Shown here: piece after piece, positions 27,401 to 42,400 of the stretch | How positions within the stretch are numbered: the stretch's first letter is position 1 | How the letters are laid out: each line of letters opens with the position of its first letter | Assembly (NCBI RefSeq): GCF_964355755.1 | Contig: NC_092671.1 | Location: 24,006,070 to 24,070,069, forward strand | Origin: Antedon mediterranea | Lineage: Eukaryota > Animalia > Echinodermata | Length of the DNA stretch: 64,000 nt | Direction of reading: 5' to 3' | Made by a program: the position numbers and the translations under genes | The notes under the pieces: model-generated | Told to the model about the DNA's origin: nothing | The model's input: the letters and a program-made list of their open reading frames with translations, nothing else | The model's database searches: none

Positions 27401-30400
27401 GACAGACAGTTTTGTGAAAATGGAAACTCCACTATAATTTATTGATTCCAGCTGCTACAGTAGACCCAAAAAACGTCTGGGAAAGAGTCTATTAGGACAT
27501 GTCATGCTAAAATTACAAATCCCTAAGCATTTCTGGTATATTCACTGTCAGATATTCATTGAATTATTATCGAAACAGGCCATTAAAGTTTGTGTTTGTA
27601 ATAGGATACTTGATAAGTGACCCTCAGATTTGACCTTAGCAATAAAATTAACTAAAGTGACAGAAATTGAGTATTCACTTCTGTAACAAAAAAATAATAT
27701 TTATTCACATATAAAAAAAGAAAAGAAACCCCAAAACCATTGTCTGACAGACAATTTAAGTATTTGTTGCTTTAAATTACATTTTTTTCAGGTAAAATAA
27801 CTATTATGTGACAATAAAATGACACATTCAAAAACATTTGAAATAAAAAATATTTTTCAATAAGCGAGCAGCGTTTTTTGTAAGAAATATTTATTGTTTA
27901 TCTTGTAAATGTGTGATGTATGCAGATGATACAACACTCTTATGTAGTTCATCTGACACTTTAATACTTCAGCATCAACTCAATATCAATCTAAACAAAA
28001 TTATAGAATGGTTTGACCATAATCAACTCACACTAAATCTTAATAAGACCAAGCTTATGGTTTTCAGCACAAATCAGAAAAGGGCAACATTTAAGAATAT
28101 AACTTTACTTCATAATAATGATACTATTGAAAGAGTTGATTCTTTTAAGTATTTAGGTGTCATTTTTGATCCTCAACTAAATTGGAAGGAACATATAGAC
28201 AAAATGTCTTGTAAAATAGCTAAACGTATCGGTGTGATTCGTCGTATTAAGATGTATCTTCCTATGTATACTTTAAAAATGTTAGCAAATGCTTTAATTA
28301 TTCCATTATTTGATTATTGTTGCTGTGTTTGGTCCAATTGTAACATAAGTTTTTCAGATTCTCTTCAGGTTTTAATCAACAGATTAGGTAGAATATTGTT
28401 ATCTGTAGACATGTATACCCCTATTAATGATATCTTAAGTACTCTTGGATGGAGTAGACTTACAGAAAAATGGATGAAAATATTCTTATAATGCTATTTA
28501 AATGTTTAAAAGAAATAGCTCCAAGATACTTAACAATATTATTTCAATTTACTGTAGATAACCATAATAAATGCACCCGCTCCCAAAGTAATAATGACTT
28601 ATCTATTCCATTATGGAATAACTCTCAGGTAAAAGAACTTTTGTTTATAGATCAACTAAATTATGGAATTCTCTACCAAATAACATAAAATCAGAACTGC
28701 ATAATATGTCTTTGGCAACTTTTAAATCTTCACTATAGAAAACATATATGTATTAACCTTTTTGCCTTCACAATTGTAAATAGTTTTATATCTGTTTTCT
28801 TTCTTTTTGTTTTTCTTTTATATTTTATTTTTGTTGTAAATATGTTTACTGAACCACTTTGGAAATCAGTACATTTGTATAGAAAGTGTATTTCAGTTTA
28901 AAGAAAGAAGAAATAAATAAATAAATAATATATCATTAAATTATTAAATTAAAATACCTACCTTCTCCTAAACATTGATATTGAACCTCAAGGTACTTGA
29001 ATGTCCCTGGGCAAGGGTCAGTAAAAACACCATTTGTGGCTAAGATAGAGCACTGTTGTCTACCCTGACAGGAGCTAATCACAGTCTCTCTACTACCATC
29101 AGCTGTACATGTAAAATCACTCATTGGACCAGTTGCGCAGACAGCACCATTTAGACGTCCGTACATTGCATCTACAATGTTGATAGTGCCGTTACACATT
29201 AGCTCCATGGTTTCCCGCTCACAGACTTGTCTAACAGTGTCACCTTGATTTGTAGGTACTAAAAATGATAAACAAAATCTCAGTTTTCTCAGTTTAATTG
29301 TAAAAACAACAACGTTGTGTAATATTTAGAATTTTTATATATCACAGGAATAATAAACCTATTTTGCAATACAAAACATGTGCATGAGAAGCACAAAGGA
29401 TTATTGAATTATGATTGTACAGAAAGTTTATCTAATGAAAAATTGTTTTCGCAATGAAAGTGTACAAATACATTTCCTGTATAGTACTTCATTTACTTTA
29501 TTAGCATGCATGCAATTCAATCAATTTTCCATGGATACATGTCTTCCTGCATAGTAGATAGTAGGCCCTTAAACTATTAAATTGAAAAAATAATGTAGTA
29601 CTGTATTTGTAGTTGTAATATTGTGGAATGAGTCATTCAATGAATAAATACAAAAAATGAAAATGTCAACATTCGTTGGTTTATATGGAACAACAATACA
29701 ATTTATGGTTTATTTTAAATTTATGCAAATAACAGTATATATGTTGAATATTTTTGTAATGAAAAGATTAGATTGTTTTTTACTACATAATATAAAACAA
29801 CATGCAATTATACACAAGACATAAAGAAAGTGAAATAACAATGATGTGAATCATTTTCTTAAAACAATTAAATATGAAGAAGACAATACAATATTACTAT
29901 ACCTTTATTATTACCTATTTCTGAAAACTGATATTGTGGTATGCTAATACTAAAAAAATCTCATATTTCCAAAATGTTTTTTAAACATTACAATCATAAA
30001 TGGAGATAATTATTATTTAGTACTTATGTACTTGTTTAAAATGAGTGATAATAACTTACAACAAAGACTATGCCAATAAAACATGATGATGATAACATTT
30101 GGTTAATTTCAGATACCAATGTAATCAGTAGAAATCATATAAATACTATAGTTTTAGATAATTAACACTGCCGTTCCGCAACCAAAACAATTGATGGGTC
30201 GTGAAATTGTTTCCGATACTGAAACTTTTTATCAATTATACACTGATCTATATGTGAAATGTTCACCTTTTAGGACGTGGATTTAATAACCTACCAACTA
30301 GTTCTACGACGCTACTTTTCAGTAGTTTGTATCGGCTGTGGGAACTTTTACAATGAACATTAGAATAATAGAAAGAACAATATAAACAGGTCCATCTCAA

Positions 30401-33400
30401 GTCACACTCATAGTGATGTTGTTCAGGCCCTAGGGAAAATCTGTATGGTTCAGGAGAACCACTTGACGTTAGTTGAACGCAAATGTGTTTACAGGCGGAA
30501 AAGTAGGCTACAATTGTTTTGCCAATTTTGAGCGCGCGTATTATTAGAGATGCCATTTATCATTACCTTTTTGTGCGAGAGTACCATGTCCAGCCATCTA
30601 GGGGTGTCATTTAACAAAATTCGCTTTGCCACAGGCCCCACCATTGGGGAGGGGGAGGGGTTTCTGTAAGCTCAAATACGCAATGTTGGGTCGCGAGAAT
30701 TGCCAAAATAGGATCATGGGTCACGGTCAAAAAAGGTTCCGGAACGCTGATTAACTATATTAAATTAGTTGATAATGGCTAATGGATAATCTTTTAAATA
30801 TAGAATTTAACCACATTCAGGTGAGAAAATATTGAGACGGAACAATTCATAGGCCAACGACCTATACTGTAGGCCTCCATGGTTAAATAAAGTTGAATTG
30901 AACATTTACATTTACAAGTTTGTCAAATAACACATTAAAACATCATTTATAAACAAAATAAAAATATCTGAGTTTTAGCTGCCTCCAATAAAATTATTTT
31001 AGATCAATAGCACACATTCTTAAAAAAACAAACATTTACAAACACAAAACAATTACAAAAATAAATTATATATTAAAACAATAAAGTTTAATTAATGAAT
31101 TGAAATGTAAATACTTAAAGATGTATTGTCCACCCAAAAATGAAGATTAATTAAATCAAACTTTGATTTTTTAGTTTTAATAAAGTTAATCATTTTCGAG
31201 AAAAAAAAATGTTTTCACTCAACCAAAAACCCATTGGCAGGCATTCAATGTGACTGTTTTTTTGCTTTAAACTACAGTTTTTTTCTGGTAGGTAAATTGT
31301 GTTTGTTAATAAATACTACCGTATTTAATACGAGGATGGCGTTTATTCGGGGAGGCATTTATTTTTTTTGGTGTAATTATGTATAATAAAATAAATACTC
31401 CCTAGATATGAAAAAAAATACAACACAATTAATATAAAAAAGTGATAAAATACAGTAAAAATTGTACCAAAATGCTTGGTAAATTGTAGATCATGTCAAT
31501 CAATACAATCTTATAATACATCTATTTAACTCAAAGTAGAGAATAATTGAATTTCAATACAATTCTTTTAGGTCTCATCAACCATTAGCCCACAATTGTC
31601 AAATTTAGGAGAGTCTGTTATGTTTTAAGTTATCCAAATGTTTTTTCTTTAAATCTGGGAAATGAATAAATCAAAATTTCAATTCAATAAAGTCTGAATA
31701 TTTTTACCTTGTTCTTCAACTTCATATTGTGGAAGCATACCATCTGAAAAATGTATTAATAAAGGATTGTAACGTGGCAATCATTGTTTTTTTTTATCAA
31801 AACACAAAATTAATTTAAATTTTTTATATTTTTTTAAAAGTTTTTAATAACAACATGTAATAAAAGAATACAAACTGTTCATAAACTGTTAATTTCAATT
31901 TACATAAACAATATTATAAAGCTTTCATTGTATTTGACTAAAATACTTAATTCTATTATGAAATTAAGATACGTACCAGTCCTACAGCCCAATAGTTCAA
32001 CTTGCATGCATGGTCGAATGCTTTCCATGTCCTTAGGTAACACACGCACAAACATAGCTTCAAGTGTTGGGCTAATGTTTATTGAGCTTTGACCAGCATA
32101 TCTCTAGAAAATGAGAAAGTATTTTATCATTACAACAATAATGGAATGGTTACATATGCATAACAAGAATGAAAATAGAATATGAATAATTTAAGGGAGA
32201 GTCAATATCTTCAGTGGCATAACGGCTATGAGGACTTAATGGCTAAACTCAGGGGCCTGCCCGCCCCAATGTAGTTAAAGAGCAGGGCTCAGAGGTTGTC
32301 ATCTATGCACAATGTAGTTAAAGAGCAGGGCCCAGAGGTTGTCATCTATGCACAATGTAGTTAAAGAGCAGGGCTCAGAGGTTGTCATCTATGCACAATG
32401 TAGTTAAAGAGCAGGGCCCAGAGGTTGTCATCTATGCACAATGTAGTTAAAGAGCAGGGCTCAGAGGTTGTCATCTATGCACAATGTAGTTAAAGAGCAG
32501 GGCCCAGAGGTTGTCATCTATGCACAATGTAGTTAAAGAGCAGGGCTCAGATGTTGTCATCTATGCACAATGTAGTTAAAGAGCAGGGCTCAGAGGTTGT
32601 CATCTATGCACAATGTAGTTAAAGAGCAGGGCTCAGAGGTTGTCATCTATGCACAATGTAGTTAAAGAGCAGGGCTCAGATGTTGTCATCTATGCACAAT
32701 GTAGTTAAAGAGCAGGGCCCAGAGGTTGTCATCTATGCACAATGTAGTTAAAGAGCAGGGCCCAGATGTTGTCATCTATGCACAATGTAGTTAAAGAGCA
32801 GGGCTCAGAGGTTTTCATCTATGCACAATGTAGTTAAAGAGCAGGGCTCAGATGTTGTCATCTATGCACAATGTAGTTAAAGAGCAGGGCCCAGATGTTG
32901 TCATCTATGCACAATGTAGTTAAAGAGCAGGGCTCAGAGGTTGTCATCTATGCACAATGTAGTTAAAGAGCAGGGCCCAGATGTTGTCATCTATGCACAA
33001 TGTAGTTAAAGAGCAGGGCTCAGAGGTTTTCATCTATGCACAATGTAGTTAAAGAGCAGGGCTCAGAGGTTTTCATCTATGCACAATGTAGTTAAAGAGC
33101 AGGGCTCAGAGGTTGTCATCTATGCACAATGTAGTTAAAGAGCAGGGCTCAGAGGTTGTCATCTATGCACAATGTAGTTAAAGAGCAGGGCTCAGAGGTT
33201 TTCATCTATGCACAATGTAGTTAAAGAGCAGGGCCCAGATGTTGTCATCTATGCACAATGTAGTTAAAGAGCAGGGCTCAGAGGTTTTCATCTATGCACA
33301 ATGTAGTTAAAGAGCAGGGCTCAGAGGTTGTCATCTATGCACAATGTAGTTAAAGAGCAGGGCTCAGAGGTTTTCATCTATGTACAATGTAGTTAAAGAG

Positions 33401-36400
33401 CAGGGCTCAGAGGTTGTCATCTATGCACAATGTAGTTAAAGAGCAGGGCTCAGATGTTGTCATCTATGCACAATGTAGTTAAAGAGCAGGGCTCAGAGGT
33501 TGTCATCTATGCACAATGTAGTTAAAGAGCAGGGCTCAGATGTTGTCATCTATGCACAATGTAGTTAAAGAGCAGGGCTCAGAGGTTGTCATCTATGCAC
33601 AATGTAGTTAAAGAGCAGGGCCCAGATGTTGTCATCTATGCACAATGTAGTTAAAGAGCAGGGCTCAGAGGTTGTCATCTATGCACAATGTAGTTAAAGA
33701 GCAGGGCTCAGATGTTGTCATCTATGCACAATGTAGTTAAAGAGCAGGGCTCAGAGGTTGTCATCTATGCACAATGTAGTTAAAGAGCAGGGCTCAGAGG
33801 TTGTCATCTATGCACAATGTAGTTAAAGAGCAGGGCCCAGATGTTGTCATCTATGCACAATGTAGTTAAAGAGCAGGGCTCAGATGTTTTCATCTATGCA
33901 CAATGTAGTTAAAGAGCAGGGCTCAGAGGTTGTCATCTATGCACAATGTAGTTAAAGAGCAGGGCTCAGAGGTTGTCATCTATGCACAATGTAGTTAAAG
34001 AGCAGGGCTCAGAGGTTTTCATCTATGCACAATGTAGTTAAAGAGCAGGGCTCAGATGTTGTCATCTATGCACAATGTAGTTAAAGAGCAGGGCTCAGAG
34101 GTTGTCATCTATGCACAATGTAGTTAAAGAGCAGGGCTCAGAGGTTTTCATCTATGCACAATGTAGTTAAAGAGCAGGGCTCAGAGGTTTTCATCTATGC
34201 ACAATGTAGTTAAAGAGCAGGGCTCAGAGGTTGTCATCTATGCACAATTTAGTTAAAGAGCAGGGCTCAGAGGTTTTCATCTATGTACAATGTAGTTAAA
34301 GAGCAGGGCTCAGAGGTTGTCATCTATGCACAATGTAGTTAAAGAGCAGGGCTCAGAGGTTGTCATCTATGCACAATGTAGTTAAAGAGCAGGGCTCAGA
34401 GGTTGTCATCTATGCACAATGTAGTTAAAGAGCAGGGCTCAGAGGTTTTCATCTATGCACAATGTAGTTAAAGAGCAGGGCTCAGATGTTGTCATCTATG
34501 CACAATGTAGTTAAAGAGCAGGGCTCAGAGGTTGTCATCTATGCACAATGTAGTTAAAGAGCAGGGCTCAGAGGTTTTCATCTATGCACAATGTAGTTAA
34601 AGAGCAGGGCTCAGAGGTTTTCATCTATGCACAATGTAGTTAAAGAGCAGGGCTCAGAGGTTGTCATCTATGCACAATTTAGTTAAAGAGCAGGGCTCAG
34701 AGGTTTTCATCTATGTACAATGTAGTTAAAGAGCAGGGCTCAGAGGTTGTCATCTATGCACAATGTAGTTAAAGAGCAGGGCTCAGAGGTTGTCATCTAT
34801 GCACAATGTAGTTAAAGAGCAGGGCTCAGAGGTTTTCATCTATGCACAATGTAGTTAAAGAGCAGGGCTCAGAGGTTGTCATCTATGCACAATGTAGTTA
34901 AAGAGCAGGGCTCAGAGGTTGTCATCTATGCACAATGTAGTTAAAGAGCAGGGCTCAGAGGTTTTCATCTATGCACAAGATACTAATAAAGACTGGTACA
35001 CAGCACAACAGCTACAAGCTGATCAGCACTAAGCAGTTTCGATATTTCCAACACAAATTTCCTTTTGTAGGTATACTGCAACTCATCTCTACTACTACTA
35101 ACTTCTATCATGGTTTAAAAGGTACAATATATACCGAGTGTACGTAAAAAATACTACCCTTCACTTAAATATTTAAAAAGGCTACTTAGCTACTTACTGC
35201 TGGAGCATCACTTCCTACTGGAGTCCAATTGATACCATCACGACTATAGTGTACCTCATAGGAAAAACGATGCATTGTTTCACCCCGAGTGATTAAACCA
35301 GAGATAGTTGCAAGGTATGGTAAATGAATTTGGAGATATGGGTTTTCATCATCAGGTCCTGCACACCAGATACCACCAGAATTTAGTCTGGCAGCTGATG
35401 GTCCATGTGTTTCATCTTCACTGGTTGATGATGTAATTCTGCTGTTCTCTATATGACCATTTTCCATACCCAAGGGTGCCGAACATTCTAAATTAAGATT
35501 ATAATTAAAATGTTGTGGTTGTTACTTATACCCTTATTTTTATTATTATTACTTTGATATTGAATTGAAGGTTATTGAATAGTATATTTCCAGGACAAGT
35601 CTCGTTTGCATGTCTAACTGATCGTAAGCGATTAGCCACTCACAAGCCAATTGGGTCGTGAGCGAGATTGTGTCAAATAAGAAATTTGGTTAAACTGCAT
35701 CCACAAGTAAAGTAGGTCAAGGGTGATCGATTCGTACCAAAATATTTAGAAAAAATTAAGTAGGTCAAGTGTTATAACGTTTGTAAAGCCAGTTACTTAT
35801 TCGTCGTAGAGGGCGTAGATGCAAAAAAGTTCGTGGAACTAGGGTGGCAAATGGTAAAGTAGGTTAAGGGTGATCGATTCATACCAAAATATTTGAAAAA
35901 ATTAAGTAGGTGAAGTGTTATAACAATCGTAAAGCCAGTTACTTATTCGCTGTACTAATATAGTACCCATAGTTCTTTTGTATGTATTACTCATAAAAAA
36001 AACCTATATTTATATTATTTTCATAAAACTATGGTATAGTCTATTTTGTGGGTGTTCACTTTACAATTTGTGACAACTTTCCTTTGAACATACAGTAGTA
36101 GTGAAAGTATTAAACAAATAATGAATGTCATGAGGTGAAATATAACCTTTCATCATTCACCGAATGACATTATTTGTACCATTCCACGAACATAATCATT
36201 CATTATTTGCTTTAAATAACATTTAAATAGATTCCTGTCATTTGAGTCAGTTTAAATAAAAGGTAGGCCTACATTTGATTCACATTGAAACAGTAAAATA
36301 AAATGTATTAGTTTTTTTGTAACATATTTACATTGCACTGCTAAAATTAAAACTAAATTCTTGTTTTTACCTTCCAGATGCACACTTGAATGAGCTGTGG

Positions 36401-39400
36401 AATAAAAATATATTTCATATAATTAATATTGTAAAGCTTACATTAATCTACATAAATACATGGTTTTTATTATCCTGTTCCTTGCTAATACTCCCATTAT
36501 CAAAAACGGTATAAAAGCAATTCTATGACAGAAGGGATTAACTTAATAAAAAATAAACTTACGAGGTCTAACACAGTCATAAACAACTTCCAAATACTTG
36601 TAAGTTCCTCGACAAGGATCACCAAAGACATTGTTATTTGCCTGTATTCTACAGCTTTGTGTTCCTTGACAGTGCTCAGTTATTACCTCCAATGATGAAT
36701 CTGCTTCACATTCAACGGTTCTCATTGCTCTGTGGGGACACACTCTTTCATTATGGCGTCCATAACTTGCGCTGTAAATTTGTATATTTAATGCTCCACA
36801 GTTAATAGTCACATAATCTCTTTCGCAAGCTATTGTAAGGAGACCTAGTGGAATAGCGTTGATAGATGCTTCTGTTAGGAAAAAAAATATTTGACAGTTC
36901 AACTTATATCAACAAATATGTTTACAGCACTGTAATTTGAAAGACACATTATCACTGCTTGAATTTGTTGTACAATACGTACCAAAATCACAAAATTTGA
37001 ATTCTCCATCACTCCCCCATCCTGTTGTAAATCCAACATAATTCACAAAAAGATGATTCCCGTCTCTAAAATGCATAAAGGCTGCCTTGCCTCCTTCACC
37101 AACTCGAATGTCGCCTTCAACAAAACTGATCCAAAATGATCTATATTCATCTCGATCCACAAATCCACCAGTGTTTCTAGGCCTATATTCCACCAGATTA
37201 GTACCCTGACGGCTGCGTCTAATAACTGATTTTGTGTTTCTCCATCCTCCAATCACAATTTCATATTGTTCATCTAAATTGTGGTTTTGACTGGACAATG
37301 TAATATGAACATCATTTCTTGCCTTAACTTCAAATTTGATTAAGTGTGTAGTACTATCCAGTCTCTTAAGATTATATTGATAGTTGTACTGAGTATCTGT
37401 CTCATAATAATGACAGCCATCTGCATATATAAAGTAAAGTTATTTTATTTTAATGTTTTTAAAACAAACAAAAATATAGTGAACCTCATCACTCGAACTT
37501 GGACCGCCTGCTTGATATGCAGATGTCCTAACCATTAGACCACTGGGGCTTTCATGGTATTGTTCAAACTCGATTGGATAACGACTCTTTAACATTCTCG
37601 GCGTGGTACGGCGGAACAGCACTAGTCCTCAGTTGTACGCACGCGCAACAGAGATCAAATTGATACATCCTCATCTTTCAGTATTTTTATTCACGAGGCG
37701 GGATCTCCGAAGAGATACTTTTATATATATAAACACAAGAGGCAAAGAACATTAATTCTAAATATATATATATAAATCATAACGGACATTGTGAGAATGA
37801 TTATCATGTGACATTTCATCTTTGAGAATACCATAGATTTATATTTTTATCTTTTCTTTTTTTTTAATACTTCTTTTTACTTTGTGATGAGGATCATCCA
37901 AGTTTTAGTTAAGAAGTTGATTACTATCGTTTAAATAACTGAAATAGTTCACAGGGACTTACAGACAGGAGTATAAATTACATTTACAAAAAAAACTTAA
38001 AAATACATTGATAATATCTATGAACACCATGTAAAAAAGGGAAATGAGCAAGTAGTCGCACATGGCAGCAGCGTGCAGGATTGCAATTGGCTGCATCTCA
38101 TATTTTTATAATTGGACCAAACCACTAAAAAATATGACTCAACCACCAGAATTACAAATCTACAACATTTATATATTATTTAATAAAGTGAGTAGGTTTT
38201 CCTACCCCAAATTGTGGATCACCTTCAATTTGACTGAATTCTATGGTTCCTACTGCCCTTGTACTTTATTCAGTGGCGTAACAGCTATGATCGCTCACTG
38301 GCTAAACTCAAGGGCCCCAGAGCTTAAGGGGCTCTCGAGCATGAGCAGCATAGGAGGGCCACTTAGGAGTGCTAAACCAGGGACCTTTCCTCCTGCAAGA
38401 ACTCCCATGTTTTAGATTCAGGGACGCAGTACAAAAAAATGTTGTGGAACGCAGCATTACATTACATAGTATAAAGATAATGAAAGACACATACCTTTTC
38501 ATAAAACATTTTGGTCACAAGTTACAACACAATCACATACTGAACTGTCTAATTTAACATTAATACATTGGTTAAACAATCAGTATAATAAAACTCCATG
38601 AACCTAAAAATTATTTATAGGTCCATGATAAAAAAATTACTATTCATTTCAACGTCATATTGCTACAGTATTTTTATATGATTTGATAATACTGTAATCT
38701 ATGTACAAACCTCTACAACATGCACTCATGCAACAATGACAGATCTACAGAAACTACACATACAACAATAAAAACATGCAATTAATGAATACCAAGTGTT
38801 TGAGATACAAACCATCAGTCACTTACCTGTGGCTGAAAAATAAAAAAGGCACATATTGTTATTGTACAATTATTAAAACACCCTTTATAGGAGTTTACAT
38901 TTGAAACATACTAATGATTTAAATACCACCAGTCATCACCTGATCAGCCTAACAATCTATAATACTATTCATGACTTACTTGTTTGTATGGTGGTGGTCA
39001 AAATTGTTGTAGGATTTACTGAAAAAAAGCAAAAAGGTAAATGTCATTTATTAAGCTTTTATAAATTGTTTTCTCCTCCTTTTCAGTTTCAGTTTCAGTT
39101 TATTTTCCATTTCAATTTATGAACATAAGATAAACAACCTATATGAATGGATAACCGTAAGAGCGAAGCTCGTTAGCCGGTCACCCGTTAGTGCTGTGAC
39201 ATTACAGACAACATAAAGACTTTTCACTGGCTTGCCTGGTAAAACAAAGTAATCTCTCAGTTTGTATTATAAATTTTTATATTTTATTAATAATTGAACC
39301 TCCTGAATGAAAATAAAGTTTTAAATTAAAAATCCTTCAATGACAACAAAAAAACAATAAAAGATAAAGCACCACAATGAGATTCAAAGACCAATTTAAA

Positions 39401-42400
39401 ACAGATTTTAGTTTACAAGTGTTGCATGTATAAAGAGTGATATCGCCCTCTATCTGGGACAGAGGCAACATGGTGGATATATTGTAGAGCACATGTGTTG
39501 ATACCTGAATAAAGAATGTTGTTATTAATCATTGTCGTATGAAGTCTTCAATCATAAAAACAATACATAAAACAACAAGGAAACCGACAGAAGAAAAAAG
39601 ATTTGAGTTTGGCAGGAAAACCCTAGGAAAATGAGTGCCAATGCGTCATAATTGGCAAAAAACCCTCAAGTATATGTGGCAGATGCAAGAGCAATATAAT
39701 TTAATATCTACTAATGTCTACTTCCAGAGATATCGCCGTCTGAAGTTCTGGATGTTACAATCAATGTTTTGAGAAAAATGCTTTTAAAGTTAACAGGAAA
39801 CGCCTTAGGAAAAGGGTATTCTAATTGTTTTATTTCAATGAACCTTCGCACATTTGTTACCTAATTATTGTTTTATTATTATGCAAAATTTTCATTAAAA
39901 ACAACCCACTGCAACACTTTTAATTTAAGCATAAAACATGACATGTCTCTGTGCATGTTTTTTTGTAAATCGGAAAAAAAGCAACCCCTGTACCATTTTA
40001 ATGTAATTTGTAACTAGCAATTTGGCTCTTCAAAGAATCCATGTGTCATAACTGTTGCAAAGTGTGAGATCATTTTGTAATTTTACATAGCAACACGTTT
40101 AATCAGTTTTTACATTTTCCAACATGTGCCGATCATACTCTTGATCTTGTACTATGCAATGTGCAAGAACATTTCATTTGGTGAAGATATTTTTTTCCTC
40201 AGACCATTGTGCAATAAAACCCAATTAAATTTAGTAATTTTAGTCAAATTAATCATAATGATAATCGATAAAAAACCTGAATTCATTGATATCCTTGAAA
40301 ATCCTTACCCGCACTCCCTGGAATCTTTTGTACCTTGCTGACAATGTTGAAGCTGTTAATTTATTTTAAGAATTTATTTATAAAGTTGACTCAAAATTAA
40401 AACTTCTTCATTGGTTTAACTGTGAACTCTATAATTCACTCAAGTTAAAAGAATATTGCTCCAGAGTTAAGAGGTGTAATTTTAACCAAATTAATATTGA
40501 AAATTTTAGTTTTGCAATGACTAATTAAAAAAAAAAATCTATGTTACCATTGTAGTACTCTCCTCCTGCCACTGATTGAGAAATGAGGTCCATGTTGTAC
40601 TTCTGGTCATTTTTTCGTAAAATGTTTCATTAGAGCAAATATAAATATTTACATTCTGAATAAATCAGTGAAAAAATCAACTGTCCCTGACTAGTAGTAG
40701 TTTTTGAGATATGATAACCCTGTAATTTCACCTTAATTTACATATTTAAGCTAATTTGCATATCATCGGATGAGTGACAGAGGTGTGATGCTCAAATTTT
40801 GATCTTCTAATCATATGTGACCATTTAAAAATCTTGTTTGCCAATTTGTTTCACTCAAAATGCTAGATTGCCTAGCCCAGCATTTCGTGAATTTTTTATT
40901 TAGCGGCATAAAATCCGGTTACCGGAACCAAACTGTGGCCAAACTACCCGGCTGGACCAATGTAATACAACAGTCAATGTAATAAAACAGAAAAATTTTA
41001 AGAATATGGACCTGTAGGTCCTCGAAAATTGCATTGTATTTATTTTATTTATTTATTTATTTTAACTTGCGCTGAAGAAGTTTGACGGAACGTCGGCCTA
41101 CCCTATACTGAAGAGTGTAATGATAATGTCAGAATAGAATGTGATAGGCATAAGATGCTTTACTTTCATTGCCTCATCCTTCGGATGGGATGTAAAGCTG
41201 TTGGTCCCATGTACATATAGTGCACGTTAAAAAACTTTCGAAAAGAGTAAGGGACTGTCTCCTGGTGTGCTGATCTGGTAGGTGCTGCACTGCTTGCTAA
41301 CGTGGGTCCGTGGAGGGCCTGTCATGGGTCCGGGACAAAAATGGGTCCGGCCGGAGCAGTTTTGGCTCTAAATTTGTTGCCAAAAGCAGTCTACCTCTTT
41401 CAAAATTGTTCTAGGTTTTTTTCTGTCGATTTTATTTAAAATTACTAAGCCTACGACATATTTTAAATATCTCGTAATATATATACCACCATATTTATAA
41501 CCCCAGGGCGTTTGATGTTCAGGAGGGTTTTTAGGGGCCATTTATTCAAGGGGGGAATTTTTTCAGGGGATGCATTTATTTTTTTGGGTGTAATATGGTA
41601 ATTTGTATAATCAAATAAATACCCCCTAGATATGAAAAAATACAACATAATTAATATCGAAAAGTGATAAAATACAGTAAAATTGTATCAAAATACTTGA
41701 TAAATTGTAGATAATATGTCAATCAATGAATTCTACTACAAATAGAAATGTATAATACAATATCGTGTAGATAATGCATGTGACGGGGCGTTTCTGGGGC
41801 GGATACAAACATTTTTTAAAAGGGGGATCCAGAAAAAAGGGCACTTCAACCAAGGACATAACTTCTTTTTTTTATTATGCAGGGGTGCAACGTGCATTCA
41901 CATTCTTTTTTACATAGATATTTATGACTTTTAACAGATTGTGTTTGTACTTCATAAATATGACACACACAACCCGTTAAAATGAATATCCAGGATTTTG
42001 AATTGGGGGTATTTTGGGCCACCACAGGTATAGGAATATTTTGAGAATATGAACCCCTATTTGCACCCTCGAAATAAACAATTTAGGTATGGTTATTTTG
42101 TTTAGAAAAATGCAGGTTTGTGTTATTTATATTATCTATAAGGATGGAGAAGAACTGATTGTAAAGATGAATTTGAAAAAAAAAAAAGAATGATACCAAT
42201 GAATCAATGAAAAATAGTGCCGACCATTAAATCAAAAATGGGGGCGTTTATTCGGGAGAGGCATTTATTCAAAGCAGGGCATTTATTTGAATAAATACGG
42301 TAAGTAAGTTATTATAAATACTGTAAAACCAATATATTCTACCTAAAAACATGACAGAGGTGTTCAATCAGATTTCATCCTGCCTGGACACGGATGGGTG

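Noticed and set aside
32268-34976. Possible CRISPR array
   Set aside because: Units are head-to-tail with no unique spacers, there are no cas genes, and the context is a eukaryotic intron; it is a minisatellite
37480-37550. Functional tRNA gene
   Set aside because: Acceptor stem and anticodon loop are non-canonical; kept only as a tRNA-like pseudogene or SINE head
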